Virus record (IMG/VR): IMGVR_UViG_3300043448_000837
Span: 1-64,000 of that record
Source of the DNA: a virus
Strand: one strand, 5' to 3'
DNA: 64,000 nt
Positions 47,451 to 56,009 of the stretch are shown in pieces. Under the pieces are notes generated by a model, which saw only the letters and a program-made list of their open reading frames with translations, made no database searches and had not been told where the DNA came from. Position 1 is the first letter of the stretch. Every line of letters begins with the position of its first letter. The position numbers and the translations under genes are program-made.

Positions 47451-47752
47451 TGTTGTTCTCCAGTAGTGGCGGGGCGGCCCCAGCGGGCGAGAACGGCGCG
47501 GGCAAAGTCCAACTCTTGTCTGAACTCTTCGGCAAGGAAACCATGGTAACAGGATGTTTCCACTCCGTACAAGCTCATTAGCTCTTCATCTGTTGGCATA
47601 GGCCCCTGCGGCTCGGGCTGGGCCAGGGCGGCGTCAACACGAACAGCAAGCGGTGACTGTTTGATGCGCTCGACTGGAATGCCGGAGTCGATGGCATCCA
47701 TCAGCTCTTGGCACAGCGCACGGAAGTCAGTTTTGGTTTCGTTCGTTTTCAT
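47447..47752 (-). CDS. Small paralog, FRALC/ALAQPEPQGP/LARWGRPA family
   Basis: Shares motif blocks with 47202-47450. Confidence 0.7.
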   Translation of the reverse strand: MKTNETKTDFRALCQELMDAIDSGIPVERIKQSPLAVRVDAALAQPEPQGPMPTDEELMSLYGVETSCYHGFLAEEFRQELDFARAVLARWGRPATTGEQQ

Positions 47753-47826
47753 GTTTTAATCATAGCTCATTTTCGCCCCAGCGAAAAGGGGGCAAACCGC
47801 CCTCCGAGGTACGGTTTCCCGTACCT
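47753..47826 (-). promoter_or_regulatory. Early promoter cassette C
   Basis: AGGTACGG-GAAA-CCGTACCT; TATGAT-6-ATG. Confidence 0.8.
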
Positions 47827-47838
47827 GCTTGGACTTTA

Positions 47839-48318
47839 CTACGTGAAAAGATATTCTTTCCACTCGGGAACAATGCTGCTGTTCAACGTTAGAAGAAAAC
47901 GACTGAACGGCGCGTGGGGTCTTCTGTTCAAAGGAACTCCCCACTCTTCTGGCGTTCTGTTGTCCTTTACGTTGTTGCAGGTGTAGCAGCACGCTACCAT
48001 GTTCTCCCAAGTATCTCCGCCTCCCCGCGACTGCGGCAAAACGTGGTCAATCGTAAGGTCACGATCAGAACCGCAATACTGACAAGTGAAACCGTCACGT
48101 TTTAGAATGAGGCTACGAGAAGGTTTCTTTGCGTTGATGCGCCGAATCGGAAGCCGCACGTATGTGAGCAAACGAATGACTTGCTCGGACAGAATCTGTG
48201 CTTTTTTCTTCAGCACGAGCACAATGGCACGTCGCCAGGAGCAGACGTTGAGAGGCTCATAGCTGGCGTTAAGTACGAGAATACTTCTGTCGATGGCTAG
48301 AGTAGTAGGCGATGACAT
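47839..48318 (-). CDS. HNH endonuclease (McrA-like, bacterial type)
   Basis: LVLNASYEPL, RDGFTCQYCG, TIDHVLPQSRGG..TWEN.VACC..CNN.K. Confidence 0.9.
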   Translation of the reverse strand: MSSPTTLAIDRSILVLNASYEPLNVCSWRRAIVLVLKKKAQILSEQVIRLLTYVRLPIRRINAKKPSRSLILKRDGFTCQYCGSDRDLTIDHVLPQSRGGGDTWENMVACCYTCNNVKDNRTPEEWGVPLNRRPHAPFSRFLLTLNSSIVPEWKEYLFT

Positions 48319-48321
48319 AGT

Positions 48322-48795
48322 TTAACAATCCCCGGTGTAGCAGCCGTCGTAAGGGTCGAAGCCTTGCTCAAGATCCAAGTCCCCTTCCTCCTCGTAGCTA
48401 GGATCCGTATCAATTATAACGTGACCCAGGTAAATCATGCCGTTCTCGTAGCTGCACTCGAACTCCTGAAGTTCTGCGGAGAACTCCAGTATGTGACCCA
48501 GGCCCCTTTCTACGACTTCAGAAAAGTCGGGGTCGCGAATATCGTCGACGCGAATCGCACCAATGGTGCCGGAATCCACCGAGTACTCATTTCCATACGA
48601 ATCCTCGTAGACACCGTCGCCGTAGGCGGTGCCAAACATGAAGAACTTACGACCGTCGGCCAGAATAAACTCGTGCGAGGAGTTGTCGAAAGGAACTAGG
48701 CTGCATACTTCGTCCCATGCGTCGTGCATCACGTAGCACAGATCGCCAATATAGTAACGGACGGGAAGAGAGTTGCTCATTTCGGTTTCGTTCAT
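48322..48795 (-). CDS. Hypothetical phage protein
   Basis: YYIGDLCYVM, TAYGDG.Y, VDSGTIG; leaderless after TATAAT. Confidence 0.7.
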   Translation of the reverse strand: MNETEMSNSLPVRYYIGDLCYVMHDAWDEVCSLVPFDNSSHEFILADGRKFFMFGTAYGDGVYEDSYGNEYSVDSGTIGAIRVDDIRDPDFSEVVERGLGHILEFSAELQEFECSYENGMIYLGHVIIDTDPSYEEEGDLDLEQGFDPYDGCYTGDC

Positions 48796-48860
48796 GTAAG
48801 TATTATAGGTCAGCTTGGGAGCCAGCGGTCAGAAAGGTAGGCGGTTTGAGAACCGGCCTA
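48796..48860 (-). promoter_or_regulatory. Reduced early promoter cassette D
   Basis: TATAAT-6-ATG; upstream inverted repeat taggcggtt/aaccggccta. Confidence 0.65.
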
Positions 48861-49049
48861 CTCGGCTTCCTGCCAGGCGTTGATGGCGTCTCGGGCGATC
48901 TCGTCGTCGGTCATCTGGGCAGCGTCATAAGGCTGGTCGAGGATGTAGCGGACCTCGGCCTCAGCCGCGTAGCGGCAGTCCCAGCCGGCACCGTGCTCGG
49001 CCCAGGCGTCGACAATAGCCATGATCAGTTCGAATCGGTTCATTTCCAT
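48858..49049 (-). CDS. Hypothetical early protein (start MEMNRF)
   Basis: ATG 6 nt after TATGCT of cassette E. Confidence 0.6.
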   Translation of the reverse strand: MEMNRFELIMAIVDAWAEHGAGWDCRYAAEAEVRYILDQPYDAAQMTDDEIARDAINAWQEAE

Positions 49050-49122
49050 GCTATAAGCATAGCTCATTTTGCCAGTTCTGCAAAGGGGGTAAACCGTCCT
49101 CCCAGGTACGGTTAACCGCCCT
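49050..49122 (-). promoter_or_regulatory. Early promoter cassette E
   Basis: Same repeat consensus; supplies the TAA stop of the upstream kinase gene. Confidence 0.8.
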
Positions 49123-49864
49123 GCGCCTCAGCGAGTAGGCGAGTCAGCAGGCGGTCTACCTCCGGCCACTGGGCGCTGGGCCGGTACTTGCGCAGGCGGA
49201 CCACGTGCGACATCTCAGCTGCCAGGGCCTGGGTCCACAAGGGTTCCCCCAGCCTTTGGCGAAGGTGGGCGCACAGAGGCGCAGGGTCGCCACCTGGGTG
49301 TGAGTTGAACAACCGGTGGTAATCGCTGTGCACAGACTGAAGTAATTTACCCAAGTCGAGCACGTAAGACTGGAACAAATTTTGCTTGAAGTTAGGGTCG
49401 ATCAGAACGATGCCCCCGTTATTTTCTACAATGATGTTTTCAAGCGTCAGATCTCCGTGTGAGAACGAGGATGGTAGTGGCTCAATTTCGTCGAGGATTT
49501 CGAAAGTTCGACGAACTATATCACTGTCCGCCAGAGCGACGTGCTCTGAGTGAAGACGATCTTTGTAAGAAACCCAGTCTGCATTTCGCGTTGCTGGGAC
49601 CGTTGACCACAGAAGAATCTGGTCTACCAACGTGTCAATCAGGCGAGTCGATTCAATCTGCGTGCCGCAAACTCCTTCGACAAACTCAATATCGTACTCG
49701 GAACTGGACACGCAAATGGTTTGAGGAAGTCGAATCCCTGGTGTCAAAGTGTACCGCGAGGCAGTACGAAACCAGTCGCACTGCTCAGCGGCATCCTTAC
49801 ACTTCTTTCGTATGAAATCCCCGGAGAAATCCAGGGTCGCACCACTACTTCCCTTCACGAACAA
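49112..49864 (-). CDS. APH/choline-kinase-like phosphotransferase
   Basis: KGSSGA, FSHGDLTLENI, LIDP, DLGKLLQS. Confidence 0.85.
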   Translation of the reverse strand: MFVKGSSGATLDFSGDFIRKKCKDAAEQCDWFRTASRYTLTPGIRLPQTICVSSSEYDIEFVEGVCGTQIESTRLIDTLVDQILLWSTVPATRNADWVSYKDRLHSEHVALADSDIVRRTFEILDEIEPLPSSFSHGDLTLENIIVENNGGIVLIDPNFKQNLFQSYVLDLGKLLQSVHSDYHRLFNSHPGGDPAPLCAHLRQRLGEPLWTQALAAEMSHVVRLRKYRPSAQWPEVDRLLTRLLAEAQGG

Positions 49865-50558
49865 GCTCCCGAATCCGAGCGCAATCGGCCTCGTAAGTTA
49901 GATCGCCCCAAGTTACACCCAGGGAAGAAAGCGAGATTGCCTCCCGAGTCTTGGCCATGTTGATCATATCGGTGATTTCAACCTCGCCACGATCACTCTT
50001 ACGCAGCTCACCAATCGTGTTCAAGTAACCAGCTGGAAAACGCGCGAAGCCGCAGAAGTAACGACCTTCCAGTTGGCCATGAGGTTTTTCAACTACGTAA
50101 TCTTCAATCACGGTAGCCAGCTGCAGGTTTCGCGGACTCAGTGATTTGTGCAGGAAGGTGAAATAAACTGAATTGTCAAGATCTGAACTCAGCAGAACTC
50201 GTTCTGCAATTGGCATTACCCCTTGATAGTAGTTGTCCCCAAACAATACGGTAAACGGTCCGTCAATCACACCGGCCCACGTTGTAATGGCAGCGCCAGG
50301 ACCATAGGTGTCTTCACTCTGGAAGCGCACGATCGGATCACAAATCTTTGATACTTCGTCAAGAACCGGGTGGTAGATCCGTGTCCCGTCCGTTTTCACT
50401 GCCGACCTTGAAAGTGTCAGGTAAATGTTCTCGGCTCCGTTATCCAGAGCGAACAGTGCCGCCAAGTAGGGAAGCGACATGCCATCAAACTTCTCCTCAA
50501 GTTTATTTCGGCCGAACCGAGTGCTACGACCGGCAGCAAGAATGAGTGCGTTCTTCAT
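49845..50558 (-). CDS. Sugar-1-phosphate nucleotidyltransferase (RmlA-like)
   Basis: ALILAAGRSTRF, VLFGDN, VEKP, SDRGEVEITD. Confidence 0.88.
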   Translation of the reverse strand: MKNALILAAGRSTRFGRNKLEEKFDGMSLPYLAALFALDNGAENIYLTLSRSAVKTDGTRIYHPVLDEVSKICDPIVRFQSEDTYGPGAAITTWAGVIDGPFTVLFGDNYYQGVMPIAERVLLSSDLDNSVYFTFLHKSLSPRNLQLATVIEDYVVEKPHGQLEGRYFCGFARFPAGYLNTIGELRKSDRGEVEITDMINMAKTREAISLSSLGVTWGDLTYEADCARIRELVREGK

Positions 50559-50911
50559 TGTGCGATTTCTTTGTATTTTGCGGAGAACTGAGCGGGTGTC
50601 ACCGCTTTGTCGTCAACGTAGTACGCCGCCCACGGTTTTCCAATCTGAATGGAATCGTAAGGCACATCGTATTTAGTGCAGAATTTTTCGATTTCCTCGA
50701 TAACTTCTTGCCTCACACTTTCGATATTTCCGTTTGAGCGCCCCATTCCACGAGCCGTATGAAGAATAATCGTCCACCCTGCCTCCTTCATTGCTCGCAT
50801 ACCCGTGATAACTTCCATCTTTGGGCGCGAGTTCTCGTAGTCCCTGTTTACCGTGATAAGGATTGTGTCGTCAACGTCGAAGACAATGGTTTTCTTTGGG
50901 TCGGGAATCAT
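50555..50911 (-). CDS. HAD class IIIC phosphatase (capsule-biosynthesis type)
   Basis: VFDVDDTI, HTARGM, VPYD, GKPW, YYVDDKA. Confidence 0.88.
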   Translation of the reverse strand: MIPDPKKTIVFDVDDTILITVNRDYENSRPKMEVITGMRAMKEAGWTIILHTARGMGRSNGNIESVRQEVIEEIEKFCTKYDVPYDSIQIGKPWAAYYVDDKAVTPAQFSAKYKEIAQ

Positions 50912-50982
50912 AGAGAGTCAGGAGCTGATCTAAACATAGGTCGCGAGAGCTGCAAGTAAAGGGCGGAAACCCGCCCAGTTTC

Positions 50983-51807
50983 TCACACAGGAATGACTTC
51001 TGTCGTCAGAGTTTTTAGGCGAATCTCAGCGTATCGAGAAAGCCACTCGTCCTTCGTCCGTCTGGTCTTAGGTGTTGCCAGCTCAGAGAACTCAGCGCAG
51101 ATTCGCTCAACCGTCTCGTTGTTGGTTTGAAGTTTCCGTTCCAGGTCTTCGCAAGTGCCACCACCACCGGTGTGTTGCTTTGCCTTGACGCAAACGTTGT
51201 CGAACCGTAGGGTTCCCTTTCCGTGCACAGTGTGGTACAGCGACAGGAAGTAATCGTCTTTCATGCTGTACTCCGTGATTCGATCAAACGCTGGGTCGCC
51301 AGCGTAGAAACCGAAGGCGTGGCCCATAATGAACTTAAGACCCACGGTGATCTTAGGGTGGAGGAAGCCTTTGTTACGCACTGCGTAGAAACCCCAGAGG
51401 CCGACATCTCGTCGCCCGCTCATTCGAAACCCTCGCTCAATCAGCTCGGACATATTTTCCACCGAGTTTAGGCGGCTCGGGTGGTCCAGCGGCTTTTGCG
51501 TCCCGGTCAGCGGGGCAAGCAGTTCGAGTTCCTCAACGGCGCTAACATCGTCGTCAAATGAAAAAACAGCTGTTCCCTTGTCGTAATAGTTGGAAATGAA
51601 GCGACGTTGATTCGTCAATCCTTTCTCACCAACAACAATCTTGTACTGCGGGTTTGAACTTTGATATTTTTCCAACTCCTGGTCGTTGGCCACGAACAAA
51701 GTCACTCGGGACAGATCGACGTCGGTTTTTTCAAGATAATTCAGAGTCAGTTTTCGGACGCCGTCTGGGCGCCCGTAAGTTGGTATGGCAATCTGGTAAT
51801 CAAGCAT
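50983..51807 (-). CDS. GT-A fold glycosyltransferase, TET-associated (TAGT/GREB1-like)
   Basis: IAIPTYGRP, KGLTNQRRFI, SFDDD, KDDY, GGG; start reassigned to MLDYQ. Confidence 0.8.
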   Translation of the reverse strand: MLDYQIAIPTYGRPDGVRKLTLNYLEKTDVDLSRVTLFVANDQELEKYQSSNPQYKIVVGEKGLTNQRRFISNYYDKGTAVFSFDDDVSAVEELELLAPLTGTQKPLDHPSRLNSVENMSELIERGFRMSGRRDVGLWGFYAVRNKGFLHPKITVGLKFIMGHAFGFYAGDPAFDRITEYSMKDDYFLSLYHTVHGKGTLRFDNVCVKAKQHTGGGGTCEDLERKLQTNNETVERICAEFSELATPKTRRTKDEWLSRYAEIRLKTLTTEVIPV

Positions 51808-53164
51808 TGGGAGTAACGTCGGGTTGTCCTTTGATGTTGGTGTTGGAGCAGCGCTCCATCTTTTGAAGCTTCTTGTACTCATCCCACTCAGGGCTGCACC
51901 ACATTCCGGGGAAGGAACCGTTCCACTTCGGCTCACCTGTTCCTCGCTCAGGGTGGTTGGTTGTAACCCATTCCATGAAGGATCGTCGGCAAGCTTCACA
52001 TTCCAGGTCATCCAGGGTAACGATTGCGTCCCGTGAGTAAAACACAAGAACAAGGTTCTCAGCATCCTCGCTCAGTGGAACGAATGGAGTTTGACCGTGA
52101 ACAAAGCCCTGGTTGTCTCCAATCAGAATGTCACCGTGGCGCATGTGGAAACCAAGGCCAAGTTGAGGCATCACAAAGTCAACGCCATCGTAGGAACCCC
52201 GGTCCATACAAACGAGAGCGGCCACAGCGTCCTTTGCGTTCTGACCGTCGTAATGCCAGCAGGTGGAAAAGTTGTAGTTACAGGTGATTGAGGAGAAGAC
52301 CGTGTCAAACAGGCTGTAACGGGTATCTGCGATATCCTTGTACCTATTTCGCAGGATCCCCCACTCCCTCGGAAAGAGGTCTTTTGTCAGAGAATCAACT
52401 TCCTTGTAGAAAGGTGCGAAAGAAGCGAAGTCGTCGTACCGCTCCATCGTCGGGGCAGTCAACCGGGCAAAGGGTGTTCTCCCTGAGCGAGTGATTGTGC
52501 CTAGAACGGCTGAGAAAACTTTCTGCCCCCGAGGTTGCTTCGTTACGTAACGTGCTTTCCCTGCGATCGCAGCCGCTTTCCGGTCCCCAGAGGGAGCCCA
52601 CTCTCGAACCAACCAATTGTCGAACCACGCCAGTTTGGCAGCATTTCTGTTCAAGATGGCCGTCTGTTTCAGGTCAAACGGCGTGCTCTTTTTTCGGACG
52701 AGGCTGTCCCACTTTTCAATCTCGTCGAGATCCACTAAACCATCCGTTTCGACTTTTCCTACAAAGTAGGTTGTTCTAGAAACGCGAGTATCAGCGGCGA
52801 CGATTGCTCTGGCTTCTTCCAAGTCGGCCACAAGGCCCTTCACAGCCTTACTGAAGAACACTTTCTGACCTTCGGTTAGCCGGATTTCCACGTTCGTGGT
52901 GATTTCCGAACCAGCGGCGTTCCCGCGTTGATCTGACAGAAGGGACTTACAGGCCCAGCGCCAGTACTCAAATTCTTTGCTGTTGGGTCGGATATTGGCT
53001 GCTGCTTTCAGACCTTTTTTGCGAAAAGCGACGGCAAGTGAACCATCGGGGCGGTACACGTTGCAATCTTCATCGATAAGTTCAAGGAAATCCGTCGATG
53101 AAGGCACTCCACCAAGTCGTTTGTCGTCAAACGGAACTAGCGCGTCTAAGTAAATTTCTCTCAT
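51800..53164 (-). CDS. TET/JBP-family Fe(II)/2-oxoglutarate dioxygenase
   Basis: RGNAAG, FSSITCNYNFSTCWHYDGQN (HxD), GDILIGD, VHGQTP, LVFYSR. Confidence 0.82.
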   Translation of the reverse strand: MREIYLDALVPFDDKRLGGVPSSTDFLELIDEDCNVYRPDGSLAVAFRKKGLKAAANIRPNSKEFEYWRWACKSLLSDQRGNAAGSEITTNVEIRLTEGQKVFFSKAVKGLVADLEEARAIVAADTRVSRTTYFVGKVETDGLVDLDEIEKWDSLVRKKSTPFDLKQTAILNRNAAKLAWFDNWLVREWAPSGDRKAAAIAGKARYVTKQPRGQKVFSAVLGTITRSGRTPFARLTAPTMERYDDFASFAPFYKEVDSLTKDLFPREWGILRNRYKDIADTRYSLFDTVFSSITCNYNFSTCWHYDGQNAKDAVAALVCMDRGSYDGVDFVMPQLGLGFHMRHGDILIGDNQGFVHGQTPFVPLSEDAENLVLVFYSRDAIVTLDDLECEACRRSFMEWVTTNHPERGTGEPKWNGSFPGMWCSPEWDEYKKLQKMERCSNTNIKGQPDVTPNA

Positions 53165-53188
53165 GATGTTTAAGGAGTAACCTCACAG

Positions 53189-53253
53189 TTTTACCCACCT
53201 CATTATAACGGTTCGGGTCAGCGGTAAGCAAAATAAAAGGCGGTTTCCCGCCC
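53189..53253 (-). promoter_or_regulatory. Dual promoter region of the TET operon
   Basis: GGGTAAAA at 53189-53196, TATAAT at 53202-53207, GGCGG-N4-CCGCC box at about 53238-53253. Confidence 0.65.
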
Positions 53254-53275
53254 ATCCGACCAACAAGTTAAGGTC

Positions 53276-53890
53276 TTACTGCGTGTATTCGCAGAGGATA
53301 TCGGACTCTTGGTCAAAGGCGCAGTTGAGCAATTTTCGCATTTGGCGGGCGACATCAAGGTCTTTACCGAGGTAAAGAGTCGTTTTCAGAAGGTCGCTGT
53401 ACACAACCGGTTGCTCTTTGGTGATTTCCTCGTCATAGAAGTTGACTCGGTAAGCAACGCCATTTGATTCGCAAAGTTCGTTTATTCGCTTTGCGTGCAG
53501 AATGAAATTCTCTCCGTGACCCTTGATTCCATCATCAAGATTCTTCATGTCGAGATAAGCGTGAAGCATCTCGTGAAGCAAGGTGCTGCGAACTTCCAGG
53601 GGATCTTTCGCAGCGTGGCGGGCGAGTTTGATTTCCCCAGTTCCTCCGTTATTTGGCTTGTAAGTCCCCCACTTAGTTCTGTAACGACCTTCCCACTTGA
53701 GACGCGGATACGAGTTCCAGGTCTCTCCGTTTTCGTCGGTGCGAGAGACAACCTTGGGGACCGGGAGTTCTCCGTTGAAATACTTCGCATTGAACTCGGC
53801 GTACAACTCGCCAAGGTCATAAATCGCGCAAGGGTTGGGGCAGAACCGTTCAAGAAACGAGTTTGAAACTACCGTTTTGAATTCCGTCAT
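53276..53890 (-). CDS. SprT-like zinc metalloprotease
   Basis: FNAKYFNGEL, TLLHEMLH, HGENF. Confidence 0.85.
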   Translation of the reverse strand: MTEFKTVVSNSFLERFCPNPCAIYDLGELYAEFNAKYFNGELPVPKVVSRTDENGETWNSYPRLKWEGRYRTKWGTYKPNNGGTGEIKLARHAAKDPLEVRSTLLHEMLHAYLDMKNLDDGIKGHGENFILHAKRINELCESNGVAYRVNFYDEEITKEQPVVYSDLLKTTLYLGKDLDVARQMRKLLNCAFDQESDILCEYTQ

Positions 53891-54132
53891 CAGTCGCGAG
53901 CGGAGTGGATGGACTCGTTGATCTTCGCGGCGTAGGCCGTGGGGCTCATGCCGGTGACGGCGGACCTCCACTCCAGGAAGGCCACCTCGGCCCGGTCGCA
54001 GAGGTCTTCGTACTTGGCGATGGCATGCGGTGCCCAGGGGCTGGCCATGGCACCCTGCTTGTGGTAGAAGGCCAGCTTGACCTGGGTGGCTTCTTCGTAG
54101 AGGGCTTTGAGTTGGGTTTGAACGTCTTTCAT
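53890..54132 (-). CDS. Hypothetical early protein
   Basis: Leaderless after cassette H. Confidence 0.65.
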   Translation of the reverse strand: MKDVQTQLKALYEEATQVKLAFYHKQGAMASPWAPHAIAKYEDLCDRAEVAFLEWRSAVTGMSPTAYAAKINESIHSARD

Positions 54133-54205
54133 GCTTTAATTATGGCTCATTTTGTCGCGTTTGTAAAGGGGGCAAACCGCCCTCCCAGGTACGGTTAACC
54201 GCCCT
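54133..54205 (-). promoter_or_regulatory. Early promoter cassette H
   Basis: TTTACA-17-CATAAT-6-ATG plus tandem boxes. Confidence 0.85.
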
Positions 54206-54456
54206 CACATCCACCAGCCGATCTCGCGATCGCCATTCATTTGCTCCAGCTGGTAATCGTGGAAGGTTTCGCAAACGTATTCAACAGTAGCGTTATCCGG
54301 CAGTTCGTCGCGGCAGATTACGTACACTTCGTTGTAAAGATTGTCAAAGGCTTCTTTGTCACCATCGTAACCGGCGTAGCAGCAATCGTTGAGAAGCTCC
54401 TTGTGAAGCTGAAAGCTGGCGGCGAGGGCTTTCTGGGAGAGGTCGGTTTTCTTCAT
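54205..54456 (-). CDS. Hypothetical acidic early protein
   Basis: Single ORF exactly bracketed by cassettes I and H. Confidence 0.7.
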   Translation of the reverse strand: MKKTDLSQKALAASFQLHKELLNDCCYAGYDGDKEAFDNLYNEVYVICRDELPDNATVEYVCETFHDYQLEQMNGDREIGWWM

Positions 54457-54530
54457 GTAATTACTATAGCGCCTTTTGCCCGTTTTCGAAAGGGGGGCAA
54501 ACCGCCCTCCCAGGTACGGTTAACCGCCCT
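54457..54530 (-). promoter_or_regulatory. Early promoter cassette I
   Basis: Near-identical to cassettes B and K. Confidence 0.85.
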
Positions 54531-54756
54531 AGTCCAGCTTGGATTCAGGTTCGTTAAACTGGTCGAGCAATTCGGGGGCGTAATCTTCAGCCAGGTCCCA
54601 CAGATCCGTCCAATCTTGCCAAACTGTTTGCTCGTAGTGCAGATCCCAAACAATCTGACGAAGCTGCTCTAACGTCAACTGGGAGACCAATCCGTCTACG
54701 ATCGCGGAAACAACCTCTTCGCGATCTTCTTCAATCCACTCAGTAGGACGATTCAT
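54529..54756 (-). CDS. Hypothetical acidic protein
   Basis: Stop TAG overlaps cassette I. Confidence 0.65.
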   Translation of the reverse strand: MNRPTEWIEEDREEVVSAIVDGLVSQLTLEQLRQIVWDLHYEQTVWQDWTDLWDLAEDYAPELLDQFNEPESKLD

Positions 54757-55040
54757 ACCACTCCGTAGTCGACACGAGATTGTTGCATCAGGGCAACTTT
54801 GTACAGAATCAGGTACCCGATCAGGTCAGAAGTTACATCCTCGTCTTCATCCTCTTGGGCGTTTCTCAGCCGGGAAAGTTTATCATCTAGACGAACTTTG
54901 ATCTGCTCAAGGGTGCTTGCTTTGCTGAAGACTCGGACCGGGCGCAAAGCCGAGTCCCCGTATTTACGGTTCTTTTCAAGAAGCAACTCACGTATTTCAT
55001 CGCAAACTTGGGCAATGTCTTGTTGAGACTGAGTGATCAT
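54753..55040 (-). CDS. Nucleotide-modification-associated domain 1 (DUF1599/MazG-like helical) protein
   Basis: LLLEKNRKYGDS, VRLDDKLSRL, DLIGYLIL. Confidence 0.75.
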   Translation of the reverse strand: MITQSQQDIAQVCDEIRELLLEKNRKYGDSALRPVRVFSKASTLEQIKVRLDDKLSRLRNAQEDEDEDVTSDLIGYLILYKVALMQQSRVDYGVV

Positions 55041-55177
55041 GATTGGGGCAGAATTGAACGGTAGTACGCTTGGTAGCGGGCGAATCTGTGCACGGAGGGT
55101 TCAAACCCGAGCGACCAGCAACATTCACAGTACGAGAGAAACTCAAACCACGGAGTTGTCGGGTCGAGGGCAGGCAT
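55037..55177 (-). CDS. Small hypothetical protein (46 aa)
   Basis: Own translation MPALDPTTPWFEFLSYCECCWSLG...; coupled at both ends. Confidence 0.6.
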   Translation of the reverse strand: MPALDPTTPWFEFLSYCECCWSLGFEPSVHRFARYQAYYRSILPQS

Positions 55178-55389
55178 CACAGTTTTCCACCAACCACGCT
55201 ATCATAGCTTTTGCTACTGTCGGGAAAACCGTCTTGCTCGGCTTTGAGGTACCACCGTGTTGCTTCAACGCACTGTTCCTCAGTCAGGGAAGTTAGGAGC
55301 TCTCTTCCGCTTTTGTGCATGGACACGAAAGTGCCCCAGCGTTGTTTCTTGATGTAGAAACAATCGTCAATCAGTGTTTGCTCAATCAT
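55177..55389 (-). CDS. Hypothetical protein
   Basis: Ends YDSVVGGKL; coupled ORF. Confidence 0.65.
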   Translation of the reverse strand: MIEQTLIDDCFYIKKQRWGTFVSMHKSGRELLTSLTEEQCVEATRWYLKAEQDGFPDSSKSYDSVVGGKL

Positions 55390-55699
55390 GCTGTAACCAA
55401 TCGTTTTCTTTATCTTGCCGGAACCATTCGGCCAAGTCCACCGGGTTTTGCGGCCCGATAAGGTGGTTGGAAGGGTCGGGGTCGCCCAAATCCATTACAT
55501 CAAGAAGTTCGTCAAGGGAGCCTTTCTCGGGCTCGCCGTTGATTGCTCGGCGCCGTGCTCTCCTCAGAATTTCAGCAGCCGAGCGGTTCGCATTCGCCCA
55601 CTTCTGGGCAAATTGCATTTCTTCGAAGGAAACGCTCAAGCCACCCGAAATTCGAGCGGCAATGTCTTCTAGGCGAATCCGTGTTTGAGTTGAGAGCAT
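55382..55699 (-). CDS. Hypothetical protein
   Basis: MLSTQTRIRLE...DLGDPDPSNH. Confidence 0.65.
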   Translation of the reverse strand: MLSTQTRIRLEDIAARISGGLSVSFEEMQFAQKWANANRSAAEILRRARRRAINGEPEKGSLDELLDVMDLGDPDPSNHLIGPQNPVDLAEWFRQDKENDWLQHD

Positions 55700-55727
55700 T
55701 TTACTTTTCCCGTTGGATAATTTTACC

Positions 55728-56009
55728 TCACCTGCCGTGTTTGTTGATCGTGTCCCTCCAGAAATCGGATGTCATTTCCTGAGAGCCTGTCATTTTGGCA
55801 ACGGGCACGCCATCAACCAGTGCGATAAGAGTTGGAGTCGCTTCAACTTCGCACTGTTTTGCAAACTCGGACCACTCTCCGTTCTCTTTGGCGGTGGTAA
55901 TAGTAACGACACTTTCCCAGTTGGGAACCTTCTTCAGTTGTGTTTCGGCGTACATACAGGGTCGGCACCCTTCTTGTACGAATAGGTGGATTTCAGTACC
56001 GATAGCCAT
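55728..56009 (-). CDS. Thioredoxin/glutaredoxin-like protein
   Basis: CRPC active site, ATPTL cis-Pro loop. Confidence 0.85.
   Translation of the reverse strand: MAIGTEIHLFVQEGCRPCMYAETQLKKVPNWESVVTITTAKENGEWSEFAKQCEVEATPTLIALVDGVPVAKMTGSQEMTSDFWRDTINKHGR

Noticed and set aside
55040-55177. tRNA suggested by GGTTCAAACCC
   Set aside because: T-stem and cloverleaf do not pair; the region is a translationally coupled 46-aa ORF on the minus strand
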